A DNA stretch of 64,000 nucleotides from Parasitella parasitica NRRL 2501 (GCA_025201805.1 MU619287.1:136416-200415), one strand, 5' to 3'; shown: positions 37,461 to 51,412, numbered from the stretch's first letter. A program made the numbers and translations. Notes: generated by a model from the letters alone, not told the origin.

Positions 37461-39135
37461 TCAAGGCCAATGGGGGTCATCTTGATTGCCGCCAGATCTA
37501 ATTATCGGCAAAGTGAAATTCGACGGTTGCTCCTGCTTGATGAAAAAAGTGTTTTCATCTGCATTGCGAGTTTGAGTCATTATATTTGTCCCAAATGCTG
37601 TGAAATCAGTGTAGTTATGCATATTATAAGCTATGTTATTGCCTGGATTAGATGCAGCAGAGGTGGTCACAGGCAAGCCATAATCACCATCTGGCTGTTG
37701 TTGTTGCGTTTGAGGTGTTTGATAAGGTTGAGACATCATAAATTCATTAGGTGAGCTCATCGACTTTTGTGGAGAAGTTACTCTTGGTTGCTGGTTATAG
37801 GGATGTCTTTGTTGCTGGAAAGGCATAGATGAGGATGAAGAAGATGAGGAAGTTGGAGAAGCAAGAGAGAAGAAAGAAGATGATGAACCAAATGGTTGTT
37901 GTTGCTGTTGTTGTTGCTGCTGCTGCTGATGCTGCTGCTGATGCTGTTGTTGCAAATGAGATGAACTGTCTACATAAGGAGCCTCAGTGTAAAAGCGTCT
38001 GGAAACAGAGGACTCGGAAGAAGAGCGTTGAAGAGTTTGAACTTGAATTGTGTAGCTTGGTACATGAACCATTTGAATGCCTTTCAATGGTTCAGCTGTG
38101 CTGCCTGATTTGCTACGTGCAAGACCAGTGTCAGTTGCAAGCGATCTACGTTTTTTAGCTGGCGAGCCCATCATCTCTTCATCATTATCACTGGCAATAG
38201 ACAGACGATATGTCTTGGAAATGAGACGGTCTGTGTCCATTTGAATCATATCAGGTTTTAAGTCGACCAAGGTGTTGATATTTTCAGGCGTTAATCTTGC
38301 TAATTGACAGAAATTTTCAAACATGCGTTGTAGTTCAGTGTCTACAGCGAAAGCCCATTCTTCGTTGCTAGCAACAACTGAGCACAGTTGAGCAGAAAGC
38401 AACAAAATCCTTTGAGATCTCTCTACAACGCCTCTTTGTCGAATCCTTTTACGTTCCTCTGTCAAGCGATTATAAAAACGGCGTTCATTCCAACTGATGT
38501 CAGGAAATTGTTGTTTGACAGCTTCACGAATTTCGTGCGTTTGTAATCGTTGTCTAGCTAGCTGAATAATCATCTCGTTTACTTCGGCAGGCCACGCCTT
38601 TACCATTTCCTCAGGCGACATCATTTCATGGTTGTGCTCTGAAGCATTTGGATTCATTGATTTGCGGAATTCCCATTCTTCGTGTTCGTTTTCAGATAGA
38701 ACAACTCGCCAGCGGCAGTCGCAACGTTTTGAGGGTCTTTTGCGTTGGGGAGACGGCTTTGGATTTCGTTGGGAATCAGGCAACCCTTCTCGTGAGCAAT
38801 AGACGTAAATATTCTATGAACACGCATAAATAATTTACAAATTAGGGGATATTATTATATAGGCTTTCTCTGCTCTTACCCTGTTTGCGCTTGCTTCCTG
38901 CTTTACGGTAAAGCCAAACTCAGCACAGACACTGCGGCAGTATTCTATAGCGGAGACGCTATCACCAAAAGGTTTCTTCAACAGTCTTTCGTACAGTGGT
39001 TCCATCTAATCAAAGAATGGATTTTAGTAAAAATAAATAAATAAATAATAATCACATTTAAAGGCGATTTACAGGTACACGCATATAAGTATTTGGCTTT
39101 GGGTCATTCAACATGTCGTGTTCTGGTTTAGTCAT
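37461..39135 (-). CDS. FAR1/AFT-type (WRKY-GCM1 fold) DNA-binding transcription factor with Q-rich tail
   Basis: Three exons. AIEYCRSVCAEFGFTVK...YVYCSREG...RPSKRCDCRWRVVL...WEF...EHNHEM (C-C/H-H zinc motif); polyQ and Ser-rich C-terminus. Confidence 0.8.
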
Positions 39136-39533
39136 TCGCAGATGGGGGTTTGTATGGTTTTGGTTGTTGGTTGAGTGTTTAATAGTAGTAGAAGAGTAGT
39201 AATTAAGAATAACGTTTGATTAGAGATGGTAGAAATAAGATATAATATAACAATAGTAATTATAAAAATAATAGTATAGCACGATAGTAATTTATAAATG
39301 TTCTATATATTATATGTAAAAGTATGTATGTATAAAAGATGGATATAAAAGAAGAAAAAAAAGAGGGAAAAAGAAAAAAGAAAGAGAGAGAAAGAAACAG
39401 AGATACAAATACAAGTAGGAAAACTTATAGGGAAAAAATGTGTCTAAAACAATAGCCTATTGTAGTATAAATGATGATCTGCCAATATTCGATAACAATA
39501 AATGATGTTTTTAATGTGTGTCTATATGAGTGT

Positions 39534-39559
39534 NNNNNNNNNNNNNNNNNNNNNNNNNN
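39534..39559. other. Assembly gap
   Basis: Run of n. Confidence 1.
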
Positions 39560-40470
39560 TTTTTGTGATATGAAAAAAGGGGCACATAATATGATAAAAC
39601 AGGAGAAGTAAAAAGCTATCGCCTTTTTTTTTTTACAAGCCGGGAAGATTTTAGCCAGTGCAATATGTACAGACTTGATCTGTGCGTGTATATTCGTCTA
39701 TTTTATCAATGCAGGGCTGCTACGAAAAACAATATAATAATTGATTTTAAGGAACAACTGCCATCACTAAAGGAGTATTCGAGAAAGGGGATCTCTGTTT
39801 ACTTTATTTTTTTTTTATTATTTCTTAACAGTGAAGAAGTGAATGGCGATATATAGAAAGAAGAGAGTGGGGTAAGGAGAAGGTCAGACAAATTAGCCCT
39901 GTTTTTACAGGCGGGTAAACCAGATATTTGTTTATATGATTTGTTTGTATCATCAGCATATTACTGTTTATTGTGTACATGTATATCTTGAAAAAAAGAT
40001 ACCATCAAGCAAGGCATCCCTCCAGCACACCACTGGTCGCTCCATACACTTGAATACTATGGCTAGACGGCTTGTCATGCTCATCGCTAATGAAAATAGT
40101 CCTAACCTGACCCCAATGCTCGATCTGCACCTCCTTTTTTCTTATTATTATTTCTGTTGTAGTAATAGCTGCTATGCCATGCTGTCAAGAGACCAATCAT
40201 CGGATTATTTGGTTACTCCTTGATTATTATGTGAAAAAAAAGTTGTTTGTATCATCCAAGTCAAATGATGCAAGTTTGGTTTTTAAGGTTATGGCATAGC
40301 TCAGCAGCAACAGCAGATGCAGCCAGCAGTATCAGCCAGATATATCATCCTACATGATACAGTACAGACAAGAGTACTTGCATATGTTAGCGTGTGCAAA
40401 GCAGATGTCTTGCTCTTTTTATAATATGGACATATAAGTACATCATCATCATGTGTAAGTTTCAGGGGCG

Positions 40471-40502
<32 letters not shown>

Positions 40503-41194
40503 AAAAGATCAAATGAAGGGGAGACATGAGATTGCGAGGAGAGGGAATAACAATCCTCTAATGCTGTCATTTATGATGATACAAACTTTGCCAAATGTTT
40601 GTTTGTACTCAAATGTGTCCTTTTTGTTACAGATGTCCACATTGTTCCAACGTGGCAAACGAGCCTAGTTGCAACATGCTGGAAAAGCATGGACGTCAAA
40701 TATAGCATCTTGTTCAACATGACCATGACTCTCTAATTGACACATTCTATCGTTGGAATAGCAATATCTCGCAAAAAGAGCGCGATAATAACTACAATCA
40801 GCAACTCCAAAATGTTCTAAAGGAGCATTTCTCCTTCAATGATAATATAATAATAATAATAATAACAATAATAATAAAAATAAAAAAAAAGTTGCTACGA
40901 GAACCCTGATCACATAGTTTGGTAATGCTCCTTTCAACTAGATCTTTCATTTCTCTACGCAAATTCCCACCTTCTAATTAGTTATTATGGCGGGCTCTGC
41001 ATGTATGTTGAATCAACTCCTTACAAAACGCACTCCTTATGAATACGGACAAGAGATGTGGGTCAGTGTTGCGGTGTATATATAGAGTTTAATAGTGCAA
41101 AATAGATCTAATTAGAAGACGAGAGACGGCAAATGGCGGGCTAAATAGCAGAGAAGATGTGCTTAATCTTGGAGAAAAAGGAGACCAAGAAAAT

Positions 41195-41575
41195 CTATCG
41201 AGGGGAGTCAGCGCTGGACTGACGCAGAGTCATGTTGTTTGAGTTGATTGCTCCATTTGTGGCTCCAAATACAGCTGTCGATGTGAGAGAGTTGTTGATG
41301 TACTTTTGTAGCAGCTGATTCTCTGTCGTCAGTGATTGATGCTCTTTTCTGGCAGTGTCTACTCGAGATAGCATTTCTGCTCAAGTGTTAGAGCCATGTC
41401 ATGTTATATTGCACAGTACAATTACCTCGTAGTTGTGTTTGCAAATCGATTACGTGCCTATCTTGCTATGAATGTTCCATACTTTAAGCAGTGCTTTACC
41501 ATCTTACTTTACTAGTTCTTCTCTCTCGCCGTTGTCATTTGCGTTGTCCAAATCATCAAACTGAGGTTCAGCCAT
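41195..41575 (-). CDS. SLO1: Short coiled-coil protein SCOC/Slo1 family (93 aa)
   Basis: Exons 41575-41508, 41457-41426, 41376-41195 (50- and 49-nt GT-AG introns). Reads EREELVKHVIDLQTQLREMLSRVDTARKEHQSLTTENQLLQKYINNSLTSTAVF. Absent from the ORF track. Confidence 0.85.
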
Positions 41576-41706
41576 TATCCAAAATGATGCAGCAGCAGCA
41601 AAAGGCTTTACTTTTTTTAACAGCGAAAAAAAAAAAATAATGAGTGCAGCGCTGTGACGATAATTTATTAGGTAATAATGCACAGGCAGGTATATGTATG
41701 CATGAA

Positions 41707-44700
41707 TTACAACGTAGATATAGTGATAGGACTATCAGCAAAGTTGTCAATTCGTTTGGCCAGGTCAGCATAGGCAGCTTCGCCAACTATGTATCGGATC
41801 AAATGGCACAAATACTCTAATTCATCTACAATTTCCTCGGTAGAACATGCCATGGCAAACCAAGTGAGGTTTCGAAACTTGACCCAGTTTGTCTTCTGCT
41901 TGTTGTTTCGACGGTGCTCCATGAGCGCCTTGCGTGCTGCACGTGCAGACGGCATATAGACAGGTAAAGGCGTTTTTGATCTCAACGAAGAAGCCAGTGT
42001 ATGAAAGCTCAGCAGCATAGACGCAATCTAGTAGGTGCACGCAGTTAGCAGATACACTCATGCCAGCAGGCTAAGAATCCTTACCATGTCTCTCCTTTCT
42101 ACGTGATACTCCTTCTCACAAATGTCGTGCTTGACCACCAAAGGCATTTGCAGCAAAGCAACTCGAATGCTCAGTAGGCGGTCCAGGATATTCCGCATAG
42201 AAACAATCATTTCCTTGTAGAATAGCTTGGGAAAGGGGCCACGGAAACGTGGTTCATGATCAGTGAGTTCCAGCAAAACCAAACATGCATCGATTGATGA
42301 CTGGATCTTGCTTTCAATCTTTTCTCCTTTAGAGATGTCTGTATCTGCAGGCATTGTCTCGGGATCGTGGTAGAGAAATGTGCCCATCACAAACGTGTAG
42401 TAGTCCTCCAACTGATCCATGCAATTTGCAATCGATTTTCGTACCATATGTCGTGCAACAAACGGCCAAACCATGCTGTGGGATGCATCAGTAGCTGCAA
42501 TTCACTGCTATTTGCTGATATCACTACTTACGAGTTTAGGAGAAGTGCCACGCATATTCCCACAATCAATGTAATGGTGCGTTTCCTGCAAAGAAATTGT
42601 TAAGGAGCGACCCTCCTTTTTTTTTTTTTTTTTTTTTTTTATTATTATTGCAACTTACCACACTGTTGCCGCAATAGTCTCGCCTTCAGGTGGATACGCA
42701 TACCTACTGAGCGCTACCACCATGTATGTTGTCAAGCATACAATGCCCACCTTGTTGTACGTGCTTCCGAGATGGATGTAAAAGGACGGCAGTGCTACGT
42801 CGTTTCTATATCAGTAGATTTCCAGTATATGTCAACAGTGCATGCACATCTACCTAATAACACTGCAAACACAGCCAAGAGATAGGGACTACCATCTCCA
42901 GCTGCTAGTGCTGCCCAGCCCACAAAAGCTCCTACAAGGGTCCCAACAATACGCCAAAAACTTGCTTCTACTGTACCACCACTAGAAATGGTATTATTAA
43001 TACAACATTCCCGCTCTCTCAGGCCTGGCTCACCTTGTTGGGTTCATGATGGCAATGACTGTCATTGCAGCCCATTGACCTCTTACGCTCCAATACCACC
43101 CAGACGAGGCCGGCACAAATGAAGGTAGACACAGCACCAAGACAGCAACAGCCATCTTGAGTGCAAACTTGAACTCGTAGCGACTCATGTACTGCAAGCG
43201 CAGCCAAATCGCATACCGAATCCTCAGCATCACCGGCGCTTTCTCTTTGCGCCTCTCTTTGGCAACTCGGTCTGGATGCTCGTCTGTCTGGGTAAAGTTT
43301 TGGTCGACGTTGATACGGATGTCATCTCTTTTGTGGGAATGGGAATGCTCCAGTCTGTCTAATCGATTCGATTTGCGACGTGCCATTAGTGGAGAGTTGA
43401 TGTCGTCGCTGCAGGCGCTGTGTTTTGATCCCGTCTTGCTTAGGGCCGTGGACTCTCTCCGGCTTCTTGAGCGAGAAATACTGGTATTGGTTTGTATCTT
43501 ACTCAGGTGGTATTCGTCCTCTACGTTGGTTTTCTTTGGCTCGTCTTTTGGCAAAAACGACGTTAATGTAGCTATGTTGTGTAAAATGTATTAGTGGTTG
43601 CAAAAAACGACGACATGTTTTGCGGGAACATTACCAAAAGTGTAGCCGCCCTTGTCTCGCGTGCTCTGATGATTGCTCCCTCGCGCCCATTTGTTCCACA
43701 TCTTCTGGCTGAGGACAGGAAAGTAGAAATGCTTCCGCTTTTTGCCGTTGAAGCTTGCTTTTCGCGAGTGCAGCCTCAGCTCGTCCATGTGCAGCGTCAT
43801 CTCTTGCAGTTCGTTAGCCACCTCACGCAGTGTGAAGATGAAGAAAAACACCAGGAATAGCTCTTGTCGCATACCGAGATCCAACGCCTGACAGCCGATG
43901 CGTGTCTTGTTGACTTCGTACAAAGCGTGCATGCGTTCTCGCTCTGCCTTGTCAAACTGGATGATCGATAAGCGAATGTTCTGGGAGCAGTTGCACTTGC
44001 TGCTTCCCTTGTGTCGCTCCAGCGTTTTTCTGCTGTCTTCCTCCGCATCCACGGTCTTTTTACCTATCTTGAGCGTGTGTCGCAGAAACGATTTCCACGT
44101 CTTTCGTATCGAGATATCGTCGTCGTGGTCCATGTCCAATTCATTTGCGATGCTGTCGCACACACACTCTAATGCATTGGAGCAATCCAGCGATAAATCC
44201 ATGAGCGGGTCTCGCAGACTCTCGAGGTACGTCAGCAGCAAGTGCCGATGGTGGTACTCGGTTTGCTTTTTCGTCTTTTTGGGGGGTGTCGGCTTTGGGA
44301 TTGACAGTTTGGGAAGCCCCAGGAAGGACTTGAGAGAGGTGACGGATTTCTGGTTGTTGTGCTCCACATCGTCATCGTCTTCCGAGTTGTACACTGATCC
44401 AGGCCGAGAGCTGACGCGTGATCCAGGCCTTGATTGCTGAGGGCTGACATTAGCGCTGGGATGGAGCGAGATGTTGTTCTTGCTGCTTGTTTTGCTTGTA
44501 CCGCCATTCATAAAATCGTTCGTAGCACGCAGTGCTGTGCGAAGCAGGTTCAAATCCTCCTCGCTGTACAGACGGTTGAATGAGTTTCGATTCGATTCTT
44601 CGTTATCATTATGATGGCCACCACCACCGTTTGCCGCTGCTGAATGCGAGTGTTGTTGATTATAGGCAGCAGCAGATACGGCATCGTCATCTTCACTATC

Positions 44701-46037
44701 CAAGTCTTGCATTTCCGCTTGTAATGCGTCAATAGCGCTTTCGAATAACTCTCGCTCCGTCTTCAAGCAGCCACCCAAGATGCTAAGATGCTTGGTCAAA
44801 CGACCCAGAGACTTGCGAATTTGGCCCAGCTGTTGAGGCCTTATAAACGCGTACGACATTTCATATTTGGCTTCCCGGTAAGCCGTCTTGACTTTTGTCA
44901 TGCCCTTTCTCATCTTTGCCGACGCCTCATCTACCACAGATTCTGCCACGGGATCAGACTGAGGATCCAAAAAGAACTGCTTGGTGATCAGATGCAACAT
45001 GTCTCTACTGCTGGTGATGGTTTCCTTCAGTGCTCTGCCCAACCCATCAATGGCAGTTTCAGGCCAGAACACAAGATTGACTACAAGCGAGATGCCACAG
45101 CCGATTAACAGAGGTATGCCATAGTACAGTGGCAATTCAAACGGGATATACGTATAGTCTACAGCACGTGTCATGGTGAAGATCTGTATTATCATGAATT
45201 GCAGTGAGAAAAAGTGGAACTTTGGAAAGATCTGACGCAGCATTTGCGCACAAAAGACACCCACGCACAGAAACAACGCATTGACGCAGCGTCCAACAGG
45301 CTCTGTGATGAACGTGTCAGGGTTATCTCGGTTGTAGGCCACAGAGGCAGCCATGCCAGCAAACGCCCAAAGGATAGCGGCTACAACACCCATCACGGCG
45401 GTCACAGTGGCATCGAACTGAGCTCCCATACTTCGACCTGGATGGCTGAACAGCATACCGGTGGTTGCCAAGAAGGGCGCAGGACCTAGAGCTATGGTCA
45501 GCGGTCGGATGAGACTGAACAAGGTGGAGAGAAAATAAGCTATTGTGCATTTGAGGACCCTTCGGACAATTCGACTCGGAAACTTGACATGGAGATACTT
45601 TATCAAGCGTTCTTTTCTTGACAGAGGTGAAGGAGAAGGAGGTGGTTTTTCAAGCTCTTCAACCTGTTCGATAGGTGGTTTAGGGTGTTGGAAATAAAAT
45701 CGCTGCTCCAGGTTGGGAGGAAACTGCACCGTCGACTTTATCTTGTTGGGTATCATAGTTTTGTTATCGCTGGTGGTTGTCTTTTTAGCTTTATCAAAAG
45801 TTGACTTTTCTTCTTCTTCTTCGTCATCATCATGACTGGAGTCGCCTAATTTGAACATATCTTGCAATTTTGTTGGCTGAATAGGTGTGGGTGGTGTTAT
45901 AATGGTATTTAGTTCCGGATCAGAAAATCTGTCAAAGTCAAATCAGAAACCCTTTGTTTACATACAAACATGATCCATGTGCAGCAGGTGCTTATAGTTT
46001 ACCCTTTCGGATCTTTTGACACTACACCATTGTTCAT
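41707..46037 (-). CDS. Aromatic acid exporter / fusaric acid resistance (ArAE_2, FUSC_2) family membrane protein
   Basis: Multi-exon, first exon MNNGVVSKDPKG. RRVLKCTIAYFL, FSHPGRSMGAQ, NLVFWPE, YREAKYE, FKFALKMAVAVL, RGQWAAMTV, GFWRIVGTLVGA, VWPFVARH, HEPRFRGPFP. Confidence 0.88.
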
Positions 46038-46429
46038 GATTTAATGTGTCTAGCTCGAATTTTATGATTTTAAAGAAAAAGAGAAAAGAAAAAAAAAGAA
46101 AATGAGAACGATGGTTATGGTTAGTCTCGAGTCGAGATGCAATAATAATAATATGATTCAATAAAAGGATTGAAAGGTTTCAAGGTTTTTTTTAATCCAA
46201 CCAAATTACAAGGTCGCTTTTTTGTGGCGGGTTAGTGATAAAATCCCGATTATCTCAGGCTTGGAATGTTCATCAGGTTAGCCAGTGTCCTTTTTTTTCT
46301 CACAAATCAAATTCACCACCAAGACAATCTGCCCCTTGTGACAAAGCATGGAACAAGTCTTTCATGCTTGGATTCAGCTATCCCCATCATAATCAGGCTA
46401 GTTGCAGAGATTTTATTTTTTAAACAAAA

Positions 46430-47868
46430 CTAAGCATAGTATTGCAGCGTCATCTTCTTCTTTGCCTGCACTTCCTGGATGGCCTCCATGAAATCCTCAT
46501 GTGTAATTTCAACAGCACCTCGACGAAGAGCCAGCATACCACTTTCCACACAAATAGCCTTGCATTGAGCACCGTTAAATTCGTCGCAGCATCTAGATAA
46601 TTCGTCAAAGTTGACATCTTTGCTGACATTCATCTTTCTTGAGTGAATCTGGATAATGCGGGCTCTGGCTTCTTCATTGGGCAAGGGGAATTCAATCTTA
46701 CGATCCAGACGACCTGAACGCAGCAATGCAGGATCTAAAATATCAATACGATTCGTAGCAGCGATGACCTTGATACGATCGTCGGAAGAAAAGCCGTCCA
46801 GCTGATTCAACAGCTCCAACATAGTACGTTGCACTTCACGATCGCCCGATTTCTCAGAATCAAAACGTTTTGTACCGATGGCATCCAATTCATCGATAAA
46901 GATAATGGCAGGCGATTTCTCCTTGGCCAATTCGAATGCATCACGCACCAGTTTTGCACCATCACCAATGAACATTTGAACTAATTGAGGCCCTGCCAAC
47001 TTGAGATAGGCAGAATTGGTTTGTGCCGCACAAGCTCTTGCCAACAAGGTCTTACCAGTACCAGGGGGGCCGTACATCAAAACACCCTTGGGTGGTTTAA
47101 TACCCAAATTCTTGAATCGATCAGCGTGTGTCATGGGCAAAACAACTGCTTCGACGAGCTCTTCAATCTGTTTATCTAGTCCACCGATATCGTTATAATC
47201 CTCTGTGGGCTTTTCATCCACCTCCATGGCTTTCACTCGTGAATCGTATTCTGCTGGGAGTTTATCCAAGATCAAATAGCTGTCTTTGTTCACGCCAATG
47301 AGGTCTCCAGGCCTTAATTCACTGGAATCGACTAGACCTATCAACGGCAGGAAGATGGTCTATATTGTACGCGAATCAGCCATCTGCTGCAAAAGTGCAA
47401 AAAAAACAAGAATTACCTGTCTAGTTGACGTTTTGATGACTGCACATTTTCCTTTTACTTGTCCGTCTAAATCGACATTTCCACCTTCTTCATTATCTTC
47501 CTCCTCTGGTTCTACGTCAAGCAGCTACAAAAAAAAACACCAAGGCGATCAATATCTGCTTATATTTTACAGGATCCATCTTCTCCTCCCAATCTCTCTG
47601 CGCTGGAATTTACCTCGACAACATTGCCGACAAGATAGGGCAGCTGTTTATTCATCTTGATCTTTTCTTTGTTATCCTTGATCCTCTCCTTCATGGCAGA
47701 CTGCTCGTGTTGCAAACGAACGATTTCAGATTTCATCACTTTAATATCGTTCTCCAACAAACGGGTTCTGTTCTTGATTTCCTCGGGTGCCAAACGAAGG
47801 ATATCTTGTCCAATATCATCTTGGTTGTTCTCGGCTTCCCATAACGATTTATCTTCTAGTGTAGTCAT
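46430..47868 (-). CDS. RPT5: 26S proteasome AAA-ATPase subunit Rpt5 (6A)
   Basis: Three exons. [69 protein letters not shown]-terminal HbYX motif YYA. Confidence 0.98.
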
Positions 47869-48214
47869 TCTTTTCTTCTTTCTGTTGGTTTTTAATTAGT
47901 CGAAAGAAAAAAAAAGAAAAAAGCATTACGTACTTTTTTTCAAAGTGTATCAATCAGTCAGCGGCGCTGGAACACCCCAATGCAAACGTCATCGCTCAAG
48001 CTGAATTGGGAGCGTATGTAGCAGGCAAATCACTATATCGAAGAAGAAATTTGCAGAGATTCTTTGTTGCTTTGCTCAGCGAGAACACAATCTGATCCTG
48101 ATATTACAGTGCTCAAACACAATAAAAATGCAAGACGCCATCAAGACACACCTTTTTAACTAGTAATACATTTGACATTTACTACCAAAATATCAAATGC
48201 TCCTCGATTGAAAC

Positions 48215-48466
48215 ACACACTCTAGTCTCATTCCGCTGAATTTTGAAGTGGAATTTCGACTGATCAGCGCACTTTTCAGGTCCAAAATCGAGCACATCCG
48301 TCAACTACAATTACCTACTATCTAAAATAACGGTTTTGGAAGGTTTCCTAGCACCTTTGAAAACCGATGAAAATTGGTCATTTTTGCCTTATGAACCCTC
48401 GTGGATTTGTGTAAAATTTCTTGGATCCGAATTTCCACCTCAAAAGCGGCATTTTCACCGTTGTGT
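48215..48466. mobile_element. Possible MITE/non-autonomous DNA transposon fragment
   Basis: Imperfect inverted repeat 48241-48259 (ttttgaagtggaatttcga) vs 48427-48445 (16/19 match); CAC...GTG ends; no target-site duplication identified. Confidence 0.4.
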
Positions 48467-48931
48467 TGCTAAGCTCAAACCATATGAGATTGCTTGCTCT
48501 TCTCGATAAAATGGCTTTGCGGCAAGTTTATTATGCAGAATGCTGACTTTCGGCCAGAAAACCTATTTTTCAAGTTTTTTAGATTTATACCAGATTTTGC
48601 CATGAAAGTACGTGTAAAAATAATACGAGTAGATAAAACGTTCAAAATAAAGATTAGTTTTACTACTGGACTATTTCAGGTTGGTTACAATTTTGTAGAG
48701 TTACTGGCCATCAAAGATTGAATATTCTCCAAAATCTTGGAAACGGCCTCCAGCAGAAGCAAAATCACGAAAGTCGCGGATATTGAAATATTTATGAACA
48801 ATGATAATAGACATGCTTTGAAGGCTAGATATGATGGCTGTATTACGGTTTAATCATAATAGTAAGGCAAAAATCTGTAGAGACTTTTAAATATATAAAA
48901 GCTATTTTACTAAAGTGAATGTTGGTGATTT

Positions 48932-49216
48932 ATGCAAGCGTATACTCTAGTTTCACTTATCAATTTTTTTTATAGACTTGGTGATTTCAAGCACTTGACA
49001 TCAGTCGACCTTTCGATGGATCGAAACAATGTCTCTGAAATAGATTGTATTGTAAAAAACTGCTGTTGATTGCAAGTATTCAGAATAGTTCCCGCTGCTA
49101 ATAATGATCGATGGTCTAGAGAGGATGCTCAAATGGTATTTCGCGAAATTTTCAGACAGAAGCCTTCTTCGCTGAAAGTCTTGAGGATTGAAGACCGTTT
49201 TGTTTGTCTCTCTTAG
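48932..49216 (+). pseudogene. Degenerate LRR/F-box-associated-like gene fragment
   Basis: RLGDFKHLTSVDLSMDRNNVSEIDCIVKNCC*LQVFRI...PSSLKVLRIED shows LxxLxL-like units with an in-frame TGA. Confidence 0.35.
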
Positions 49217-49787
49217 TATAGGGACTTGCCCTGCGTTCCTGAAAATTGCCGTGCACAAAGGGTATAGTTACAACAGAAATTTTCCTGTGCGTCTAGCCAG
49301 GGCTCTGCAAGGTGTGCCTGCTGGTTATGAGTTAACTTTTCATCAAGACAACTATTGGTGTTCATTGAGCGTTTTTCAAGTGGTTGCTGCAGTTATTGGA
49401 CATACATTTGACTTTCACGAGTCGGCGGACGTCCCAGGCTTGATAACTTGGGAGGCCACCCTTCAATAAAGCTGTTATGCTCTTTTTTTTTTTTTGCGTG
49501 GGCCATATGCTCTCATTTATATGTGGGTTGGGAAACCTGAGGAGACCTGAGGAGACCAAAAGGAAACCTTCCGTAGGCAATTAATTGAACTTGTTTAAGA
49601 GGAAACTTCAACAAGTCAACTTATTCGAAGGTTGGGAAACCTGTAATAAATTTATTAGTTTATATAGCAGATGATACATGATGCCTCGTATATTTTTGCA
49701 TTATATGCTATATTTTCGCTATCTGACTATAACTTTATACATCACAAAAAAAACCTGATATACTATTGTGTAAAAGAATTTTATTAT

Positions 49788-50198
49788 TTAGAGTAATGTA
49801 AAAATTAAATCACTATTTTTGGAAAGGTAATCTAATGATTTTTTGTTTCTAACTCGCAGCATTTCTGCTCTTCTGACAGCATCCAAGACAGTTATCCGTT
49901 CAACAGCAGTATAATCTTCGCAAGCCTTGATTATCTTACGTCTTCTCTTGTAGAAACTTTTGTGGCTAGAGTACCAACCTGGATGATTTGCATTCATATA
50001 AACTACTGAATGATTACCACCTAAACCTTCAGTCCATTCCCTGTACAAATCAGTCAATGTATAAACATTTGTACTCAACCTGTAAGATGCCGAAGATGAA
50101 GGTCTAGGCGTTTCTTGTGTAGTTGACTGAACTTCAGTAGTAGTATTTGTAGTAGTATTAGTGCTAAACGTTTGTATAGATGCACTAGCAGTTAGCAA
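49788..50198 (-). mobile_element. GCR1_C domain fragment, typical of the C-terminus of fungal Crypton (tyrosine recombinase) transposon proteins
   Basis: YRLSTNVYTLTDLYREWTEGLGGNHSV..MN....GW.....FYKRRRKII...AVRRAE..R.....SLDYL. No ATG or recombinase domain upstream, so it is a truncated relic. Confidence 0.7.
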
Positions 50199-51387
50199 AT
50201 TACGAATTTTTCACAAATAACACGGGGTCATCACAACAAAACACTGTATCCATGAACTTTCGTCTCCTACTCCCAAGTCGATGAACCACACCTGTTTTAT
50301 CATATTACCGTGAAGAAAGGCATACTTGTTAGCATTAAGTATATATATTTTATAAAGCTGTGTCATGTACTAGAATTGATATTGACATGATGTCGTCTAC
50401 AGAAAGATATTTTTACAGCTTAAAAGCAAGGACTTTAGCTTTGTGTGCCATTTTCTGACTGATTTTTATAATCAAAAGTGCCCTGAAAACACCAGAAATA
50501 GTATCCATTGGGGAAAAAATATATTATACATGATTTTGGTGCAATTTGAGCATGATTTTTTTTTTCGATGCAAAATGACGGATTTTTTCGATTTTTTCCT
50601 TGTATCCACGCATCCAAAATCATCGATTATGCATTATCTTCGATTTTGACCTCAAAAATGCAACTTTTTACTATAGTATATATTAGAGGAAAATGATCGT
50701 AAAAGGTCATTCCTTGATATGAAAGATTGGAAATGCGCTCTGTTTAAGTAAAATATTGACTTTTTCCGCTTGATCTGTTTTTGAGGTTTTCTCAACAGAA
50801 CTAATTCCATAAGCGTGCGGGAATTATGAAATGATACCATCATGTAAAGCGTCTAAAAATACAGCTATTATCATAAACCGACAGCCGTGGTATGCATAGT
50901 ATCAGACGATGATATCTTGCCTCAAAAGAGTAATTTTTTTTTCGAATTGTCCAAATAGAGTATCTGAAAGAATCTTTCCTTCCTGATTTTGGACGCGTTT
51001 AATCTCCGCCATCAAAGAAAAATGGTGTTTTTTTAAGAAAGCATTAGCTTTGAAAAACCATAGCTTACTCGATTCAAGAGAAATATAATTGCAAGCTACT
51101 TTATTTAATTGGTGTGCTTCTTGGCTTTTTAATGGTAGTAGCTTCATGTCTGTACCTGGCCTGACGATCTCACGTTCCGATTTTGAAAAATACTTTGCCG
51201 AAAAAAAGTCAGAAAAGTCGCTATCTTTATCTGATCTTAACTTGAAGTACAAAAAGTTGCTCTAAGCTATGCAAATATGTAATCAAATAATGTCTTATAG
51301 TCTAATGAATTACTTTGCAATACTCATTTTTGTGTTTGAAATCACTAAACATTGTTTTCTTACATTAACACACTTAAGTTCGCGTAG

Positions 51388-51412
51388 NNNNNNNNNNNNN
51401 NNNNNNNNNNNN
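51388..51412. other. Assembly gap
   Basis: Run of n. Confidence 1.

Noticed and set aside
50400-51300. A/T-tract-rich sequence and 116-aa ORF resembling transposon subterminal DNA
   Set aside because: No convincing TIR pair or target-site duplication; the ORF lacks a start codon and any domain.
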